A stretch of DNA of 64,000 bases from an uncultured Gemmatimonadaceae bacterium (GTDB lineage: Bacteria > Gemmatimonadota > Gemmatimonadetes > Gemmatimonadales > Gemmatimonadaceae). Every line of letters starts with the position of its first letter. Position 1 is the stretch's first letter. The notes under the pieces were generated by a model that worked only from the letters and a program-made list of their open reading frames with translations, did not search any database and had not been told where the DNA came from. The position numbers were made by a program, and so were the translations under genes. The DNA lies in the NCBI GenBank assembly GCA_963817955.1, contig CAWFQK010000002.1:992001-1056000 (forward strand). Direction: 5' to 3'. Shown one piece after another: positions 58,098 through 64,000 of this stretch.

Positions 58098-58218
58098 GTC
58101 GCTGGCTGCTCCTAGCGGTCGGCCCGCAGTTCATAGAGATCCTTCGCTTCGCTCAGGATGACAGGCTGTCGCGTGTCGCGTCCGTGTCTCGTGTCCCGTG
58201 TCCCGTGTCCCGTGTCTC
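58098..58218. repeat. Mosaic repeat cluster: inverted fragment of the 100-bp element + REP-like palindrome + GTCCCGT heptamers
   Basis: gtcgctggctgctcctagcggtcggcccgc; agagatccttcgcttcgctcaggatgacaggc (58135-58166); heptamers 58182-58218. Confidence 0.9.
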
Positions 58219-58219
58219 A

Positions 58220-59389
58220 CTAGGCCCCGTACACCTCGAACAGCCCGGCGGCGCCCATGCCTCCGCCAATGCACATCGTCACCATCCCAATACCGCCGCC
58301 GCGACGGCCCAGCTCGTGGACAACCTGCGTCGTGAGCTTTGCGCCAGTAGCACCGAGCGGGTGGCCGAGTGCGATCGCGCCGCCGTTCACGTTCACCTTG
58401 TCCTCGGGAATGCCGAGGTCCCGCACCACTGCCACGACTTGCGCGGCAAAGGCCTCGTTGAATTCCACGAGATCGACGTCGGCCATGGTCATACCGGCGC
58501 GCTTCAGCGCTTTCGGAACCGCCTTGATTGGTCCCACACCCATGATGTCCGGTTCCACGCCGGCAGCCGCGAAGGTGATGAATCGCGCGAGCGGCTTCAT
58601 CCCCAATGCCTTCGCGCGTTCGGCGGTCATCAACAACACTGCCGCCGCGCCATCGCTGTACGGACTCGCGTTGCCAGCCGTCACGGTGCCGTTTGCCTTG
58701 AACGCCGGGCGTAGCTTCGAGAGCGCTTCGATGGTCGTGTCGGACCGCGGCAGCTCATCGCGCACGAACGCCACTTGCGTCACCGTCTTCTCCACGCCAT
58801 TCCACGCAACCTGTTCCACGGGGACTGGCACGATCTGCCCGGCGAATCGGCCGTCTGCGAGTGCCTTCGTCGCCTTCTGCTGACTCTCAAGCGCCCAGCG
58901 GTCCTGATCCTCGCGCGTCACCTTCCAGCGTTCGGCGACCCGTTCGGCCGTGAAGCCCATCCCGATGTACGACTCGGTGAGATCGGCGTCGAGCCGCGTG
59001 TGATACCCGGACATCGGCACCTGGCTCATCATCTCGACGCCGCCGGCCAGCACGACGTCCGCCATGTCGCTCATGATCTCCTGCGCGCCGAGCGCGATCG
59101 ACTGCAGTCCCGACGAGCAGAAACGATTGATCGTCGCAGCCGGTACTTCGACCGGTAGTCCGGCGCGCAACCATGATAGTCGTGCGACATTCAACCCCTG
59201 CGTCGCCTCGGGCATCGCGCAGCCCCAGAAGACATCGTCGACGATGTTGGCCTCGACGCCCGCCTTCTCGATCGCAGCGCGCATGAGGCGCGCCGACAGG
59301 TCGACGGCATGCACGTTCGCCAGCGCCCCGTCCTTCTTGCCCTTGGCGACCGGGCTCCGCACGGCCGACACTATTACGACTTCTTTCAT
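58220..59389 (-). CDS. fadA: Acetyl-CoA C-acyltransferase (thiolase)
   Basis: [37 protein letters not shown]. Confidence 0.95.
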   Translation of the reverse strand: MKEVVIVSAVRSPVAKGKKDGALANVHAVDLSARLMRAAIEKAGVEANIVDDVFWGCAMPEATQGLNVARLSWLRAGLPVEVPAATINRFCSSGLQSIALGAQEIMSDMADVVLAGGVEMMSQVPMSGYHTRLDADLTESYIGMGFTAERVAERWKVTREDQDRWALESQQKATKALADGRFAGQIVPVPVEQVAWNGVEKTVTQVAFVRDELPRSDTTIEALSKLRPAFKANGTVTAGNASPYSDGAAAVLLMTAERAKALGMKPLARFITFAAAGVEPDIMGVGPIKAVPKALKRAGMTMADVDLVEFNEAFAAQVVAVVRDLGIPEDKVNVNGGAIALGHPLGATGAKLTTQVVHELGRRGGGIGMVTMCIGGGMGAAGLFEVYGA

Positions 59390-59405
59390 GTCTCTGCCTC
59401 CAGTG

Positions 59406-61721
59406 TCAGTTCCGCAGCGGTTTGCCGGTCTTCAACATGTACTGCACTCGTTCCTGTGTCTCTTTCGTACCCAGCAACCGCAAGAATGCGTCGCGTTCGA
59501 GATCGAGGATGTCCCGTTCCGTGACGCGTCGCGGCGGACCGTCTCCGCCCGTCAGGATGTAGGCCAGCTCGTGCGCAATCCGGACTTCATGATCGGTGAT
59601 CTGTCCCGCCTCGTGCATGGCCCACACTGCGTAATGCAGGTTGCCAAGACCTTCCTTGCCGAGGGCCGGTATGGTACGTGGCAGGGGCGGCACGTAGTCG
59701 GGCGAGAGATCCACGACCCGCGCAACGGCATCGGCGATCAGTCGGTCGCGATTCATCGTGATGCGATCGACGTCGCGCAGAAAGCCGAGCTTGCGCGCGT
59801 CCAGTGCGCTGGTGCTCATCGTCGCCAGAGCGATCAACTGGAAGGCGCGTTTCACCGCCTCGAACGGATCGGCCTCGGCGTACGGTCCAAGCTCCGTGGT
59901 GAAGCGGAACAGCAGCTCGGTCGTTCCTCCCCCCGCGGGAATCAATCCGACGCCGACCTCTACGAGCCCCATATACAGCTCAGCGTGTGCCTGCACCCGA
60001 TCCGAGTACAGCGAGAACTCGCAGCCGCCGCCGAGCGTCAGGCCAAAGGGCGCGGCCACGACCGGGAATGGCGCTTGCCGAATACGGAGCGCGGTGTCCT
60101 GGAAGGTGCGCACCGCGCTCTCGATCTGCTTCCAGTTGCCAGCCTGAACGAGTGTGAGAATCAACGAGAGATCGGCGCCCGCCGTGAACGTGCGGGGGTC
60201 CTCGTTGCCGATCACCAGGCCCGCCAGGCCGGCGCGCTCGACACGATCGAGGGAGCGATGGATCATCGCGATCACGCCTTCGCCGAGCGTGTTCATCTTG
60301 CTGTGAAACTCGAGCACGGCCACGCCCGATCCGGCGTCGAGCAGCGACGCGTCATCGGAATGCTCGAGTACGCGCCGCTCGCGGTTGGAGGGAAGGTGCA
60401 ACTCCGCGAGGCGAATCTCGCCTTCCTCATGCGGTATCGGCTCGTAGCCGCCAGCGAGCGCGAGTACCTGCGTGCCGTCCGTGGAGTAGAACCCGTGGGT
60501 CGCCTCGCGGAGCAATGCCGGTTCGTCGAGACCCAGCTCGGCGAACCCGCGGCGCAGGAACTCGACGCCAATCATGTCCATCTGCCTGAACGGTCCGGCG
60601 TCCCAGGCATACCCCCACTCGATCGCATGATCGACGGCCGCGAGATCGTAGGCGATGACCGGCGTCGTACTCAACACGTAGTGAGAAAAGCGCAGTAAGT
60701 ATTCTTTAACGAATGTACTTTCCCGACCGTTCCAGTCACGGAGCGCGGCAAAGCGCTGGGGCAATGGGAGCCGCAACAGGCGCTTCAGTTCCGGGGTGTC
60801 CAACCTCGTCTGCGGCGCGTATTGGCCGCTCCGCCAATCGAGCGTGTGGATCTCTTTGCCCACCCGCTTGTAGAAGCCGGCGCCGCTCTTCTCGCCCAAC
60901 CGGCCAGCCTTCACGAGATCGAGCACCCAGGGCGGCAGCGAGAAATCCTCCTTCGTCGTGTCGCTCAGTTCTTTCGTGACGTGCGCAATGACGTCGATGC
61001 CGGACAGGTCAGCCGTTCGAAACGTCGCGGACTTCGACCGGCCGGTGAGGACACCTGTCAGCGCGTCCGTTTCGTCGATCGTCAGCCCGTGCTTCTCCAT
61101 CTGTCGAATGGCGAGCACCATGCCGAACACGCCGAGACGGTTGGCGACAAAGCCAGGGACGTCCTTCGCGACGACGATTCCTTTGCCGAGAATCCGATCG
61201 CTGAACCAGCGCGCAGCGTCGGTGGCCGCCCTGGACGTTTCCGGCGTCGGGATGATCTCCAGCAAATGGAGATAGCGCGGCGGATTGAAGAAGTGCATGC
61301 CGAGGAAGCGCGACCGGAACGATGCCGAGCGTCCCTGCATCAGGAGCTGCATTGGTATGCCAGAAGTATTCGACGCGACGATCGCGTGCTCCGGCAACAA
61401 TGTTTGCAGCTTTTCATAGAGTGCCCGCTTCGGCTCGAGCTGCTCGATGATCGCTTCGATGACCAGATCGCAGCCGCGCAGCTTCGCGAGGTCGTCCTCG
61501 GTATTTCCGATCTCGATGGCCGCGGCCCGCTCGACGTCCATGAACGCCGCCGGTCTCGACTTCTTCGCGCGTTCCACGCCGGCACGCGCAGTGGCGTTTC
61601 TGTCGTCTCCCGTCCCTGGAATATCGAGCAGCACCACGGGCAGACCAGCTGACGCTGCCAGGGCTGCAATGCCGCTTCCCATGGTACCCGCGCCGACGAC
61701 GCCGAGTTTGCGAATCCGCAT
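59406..61721 (-). CDS. 3-hydroxyacyl-CoA dehydrogenase / enoyl-CoA hydratase (FadN-type)
   Basis: [41 protein letters not shown]. Confidence 0.93.
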   Translation of the reverse strand: MRIRKLGVVGAGTMGSGIAALAASAGLPVVLLDIPGTGDDRNATARAGVERAKKSRPAAFMDVERAAAIEIGNTEDDLAKLRGCDLVIEAIIEQLEPKRALYEKLQTLLPEHAIVASNTSGIPMQLLMQGRSASFRSRFLGMHFFNPPRYLHLLEIIPTPETSRAATDAARWFSDRILGKGIVVAKDVPGFVANRLGVFGMVLAIRQMEKHGLTIDETDALTGVLTGRSKSATFRTADLSGIDVIAHVTKELSDTTKEDFSLPPWVLDLVKAGRLGEKSGAGFYKRVGKEIHTLDWRSGQYAPQTRLDTPELKRLLRLPLPQRFAALRDWNGRESTFVKEYLLRFSHYVLSTTPVIAYDLAAVDHAIEWGYAWDAGPFRQMDMIGVEFLRRGFAELGLDEPALLREATHGFYSTDGTQVLALAGGYEPIPHEEGEIRLAELHLPSNRERRVLEHSDDASLLDAGSGVAVLEFHSKMNTLGEGVIAMIHRSLDRVERAGLAGLVIGNEDPRTFTAGADLSLILTLVQAGNWKQIESAVRTFQDTALRIRQAPFPVVAAPFGLTLGGGCEFSLYSDRVQAHAELYMGLVEVGVGLIPAGGGTTELLFRFTTELGPYAEADPFEAVKRAFQLIALATMSTSALDARKLGFLRDVDRITMNRDRLIADAVARVVDLSPDYVPPLPRTIPALGKEGLGNLHYAVWAMHEAGQITDHEVRIAHELAYILTGGDGPPRRVTERDILDLERDAFLRLLGTKETQERVQYMLKTGKPLRN

Positions 61722-61978
61722 CCACACCTCCGCACCGGTTCGTGAATCGCGGCGGAACAGCCCGCAGCCTGAGAGATAGCCGCCCACGGAAGCCACTGGC
61801 AGTCCGGCAGGCTAACCCCATTGCCAACAATATGTTGCCGACCCAGCTGGCCCCCTGTCGGGCCAACCCGGACATTCTGTCCCTGTGATGGAGGTTACAG
61901 ACGAGGACGGTATAGTTACGTAGTGATATCCGCTGCCGTCCACGTAATAGTCTGGACCGCTTTCATTTGGGTGCTGTC

Positions 61979-62446
61979 ATGAACTCTCATTGCCGGCCCT
62001 CGGACGTGCTGCGACGGCGCGGCTTTTCGATGATCGAGCTGCTCATTGTGATCGTCATGGTTGGCGTCGTGGGGGGCATGTCCACGGGCAAATTCCATTC
62101 GATCATCGTTCAACAACGCGTCCTGCGCGCCGCGGCTGTCGTGCGAACCGATGTCGAGGCGGCGTTCGCCCTGGCAAGCCGCAATCGCCGGCCCATTCGC
62201 GTGTCCTGGGATGCGACCAACCTGCAATTGGTCGTCACCGATCGCGCAGGTGCCCTGTTCTTTCGCCGCGCAGGACTCGGTCAGGATCCGTACAGTCTGC
62301 CGCCCGGCTCAGTCACCTTCTCGCGATCCGCGCTGGAGGTATACCCGAACGGCTTGGCGAACGACACGCTGCTCATCACGCTGTCGGCGAATGGCGTGAC
62401 CAAGAAGGTCTGGATTTCCCGGGCCGGCATGGTGCAGAGTCGATGA
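61979..62446 (+). CDS. Type IV pilin-like protein (FimT/GspH-like)
   Basis: Prepilin motif RRRG|FSMIELLIVIV. Confidence 0.85.
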   Translation: MNSHCRPSDVLRRRGFSMIELLIVIVMVGVVGGMSTGKFHSIIVQQRVLRAAAVVRTDVEAAFALASRNRRPIRVSWDATNLQLVVTDRAGALFFRRAGLGQDPYSLPPGSVTFSRSALEVYPNGLANDTLLITLSANGVTKKVWISRAGMVQSR

Positions 62447-62838
62447 AACAACGCAAAGGGTTTTCGCTCATCGAAATCATGGTGGCCATGACCATCATGT
62501 CGCTCGTCCTCATGTCGCTGTCCATGCTGAGCATGTACGTCGCCATTCGCGGCCGCGATAACGATGGCGCGGCAAAGCGCACAGCGGCGCTGCAGCTCGA
62601 GGCCAATAAATTCGGCGCCGTACCGTACAGCACGCTGGCGGGCTGGAACACGTCCAACGCGAGCTTCACGCTCGGCGACTTCAGGTATACGCGCAGGCTG
62701 ACCATCACAACCCTGTCCTCGTCGCGATACACCATCAAGATCGTCGTGGTGCCGTCGAGCAGCGCGGTCAGGCCCGATTCGGTAATCCTCGACCGCACGT
62801 TGCCCTCGACCAGTGGGGCGTTGTGCACCGGGTGCTGA
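62443..62838 (+). CDS. Minor pilin (PilV-like)
   Basis: RKG|FSLIEIMVAM; ATGA overlap. Confidence 0.85.
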   Translation: MKQRKGFSLIEIMVAMTIMSLVLMSLSMLSMYVAIRGRDNDGAAKRTAALQLEANKFGAVPYSTLAGWNTSNASFTLGDFRYTRRLTITTLSSSRYTIKIVVVPSSSAVRPDSVILDRTLPSTSGALCTGC

Positions 62839-62839
62839 C

Positions 62840-63724
62840 ATGAACACTCTGAACTCACGCCGCGGATTCACGCTGATCGAGGTGCTGATCGCATTGGTGA
62901 TCCTCGGCGTGCTTGGCGTGGCGTTCACCAAACTGCTCACCTCTCAAGGGCGGTTTTTCGATCAGCAGACGAATATGCGCACGGCGCGGAGTATCGCGCG
63001 CACCTCCACGAACATCCTGTTGTCCGATCTCCGCATGGTACAGGATTCGGGAGGAGTCGACTCAGTAGCCTTGGACGGCAAGGCGATTCGCATCATCGTG
63101 CCGTATCAGTTCGGATTGGTCTGCGCCACCGCTGGCACCGTGACGACGGTCAGCATGCTACCTGCCGATTCAGCGGCCGTCGCACAGGCCGTCTACGGTG
63201 GTTTCGCCTGGCGCAACCCGACCACCGGCCGGTACACTGTCGTTACACCGAGCCCCCCCACGATGCCCCTCTCGAGCAGCAATCCGGCGCTCTGCACTGG
63301 TGCGGGCAGCGGCCAAGCGCAGATTCGCACCGTGAGGATGAATGGTCGAACGGGAAGCATTCTCGATCTTCAGGCGCCGGCACCGACCGGTGCGACGACG
63401 TCGGCCACCGTATTCCTCTGGCAGAAGATCTCCTACTCGTTCAAGCCATCCACGGCTTATCCCGGCTTCATTGGCCTGTACCGCACCGCGATCGGGGGAG
63501 CAACGGAAGAGATCCTCGCGCCGTTCGACACGTCGGCCCGATTCAAGTTCTATCAGGCCGGCGAAGACTCGGCGCGCACCGTGCCGCCCAACGTCGCGCT
63601 CATCCGCGGGGTGAATCTGGTGCTCAACTCCCTTAGTCCAAAGAAAACGTCGGACAAGAATGCAACGAATTCGGCGTCGCACATCGTGACGTCGGTGTTT
63701 TTCAAAAACGTCCGTTCGTACTGA
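62840..63724 (+). CDS. Minor pilin (PilW-like)
   Basis: RRG|FTLIEVLIAL; LLSDLRM; ends VFFKN. Confidence 0.85.
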   Translation: MNTLNSRRGFTLIEVLIALVILGVLGVAFTKLLTSQGRFFDQQTNMRTARSIARTSTNILLSDLRMVQDSGGVDSVALDGKAIRIIVPYQFGLVCATAGTVTTVSMLPADSAAVAQAVYGGFAWRNPTTGRYTVVTPSPPTMPLSSSNPALCTGAGSGQAQIRTVRMNGRTGSILDLQAPAPTGATTSATVFLWQKISYSFKPSTAYPGFIGLYRTAIGGATEEILAPFDTSARFKFYQAGEDSARTVPPNVALIRGVNLVLNSLSPKKTSDKNATNSASHIVTSVFFKNVRSY

Positions 63725-63736
63725 CTGGAGCCATCC

Positions 63737-64000
63737 ATGGTTCAGCTGAAGAATCGAAAAGCGTTCGCGTTGCCGATGACCATTCTGATCATCGCCGTCA
63801 TCACGGCAGCATTGGCGGCGGCGTTCACATCGGTCAGGGCGGAGTACATGACGAACACCGCCGAGCGGAGCCAGAACCGCGCCTATAACCTGGCCGAGAC
63901 AGGGCTCGAGCAGTTCATGGTACTACGCGACACGAGCTGGTGCAGCCACTGCAGCGACCCGGTGACGGCCGACTCCGAGTGGACTCGCGTTCCCCTGCCC
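63737..64000 (+). CDS. PilX-like minor pilin, truncated by window end
   Basis: GGAG RBS; RKA|FALPMTIL without Glu5; RAYNLAETGLE. Confidence 0.8.
   Translation, partial: MVQLKNRKAFALPMTILIIAVITAALAAAFTSVRAEYMTNTAERSQNRAYNLAETGLEQFMVLRDTSWCSHCSDPVTADSEWTRVPLP

Overview
GC-rich bacterial chromosome segment. The gene repertoire suggests Gemmatimonadota, but that is an inference. About 55 mostly housekeeping genes are present: gltA, metH plus a yitJ-type gene under a SAM-II-like riboswitch, mutY, udgX, alkA, a beta-oxidation pair, several peptidases, a sensor kinase and the start of a type IV minor-pilin operon. I saw no rRNA, tRNA, CRISPR, transposase or integrase. The most unusual signal is a module that occurs twice (about 5330-7370 on +, about 27050-28150 on -). 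Each copy has a conserved upstream motif CTTGCGCTG-N16-ACTA-N5-TAGG, then a degenerate 21-nt-period tandem array whose opposite strand reads as leucine-type heptads, then a homologous uncharacterised helical protein, then a hairpin. Both gene copies look damaged (one frameshift, one 5' truncation). Intergenic DNA also carries a mosaic repeat system: GGGACAC heptamers, a REP-like palindrome (one copy in-frame inside metH), a ~100-bp dispersed element and a MITE-like inverted repeat. Other points: a prolyl oligopeptidase homologue lacking the catalytic Ser and His, and a Ca2+/H+ antiporter remnant. All calls come from reading motifs by eye; no database search was run.
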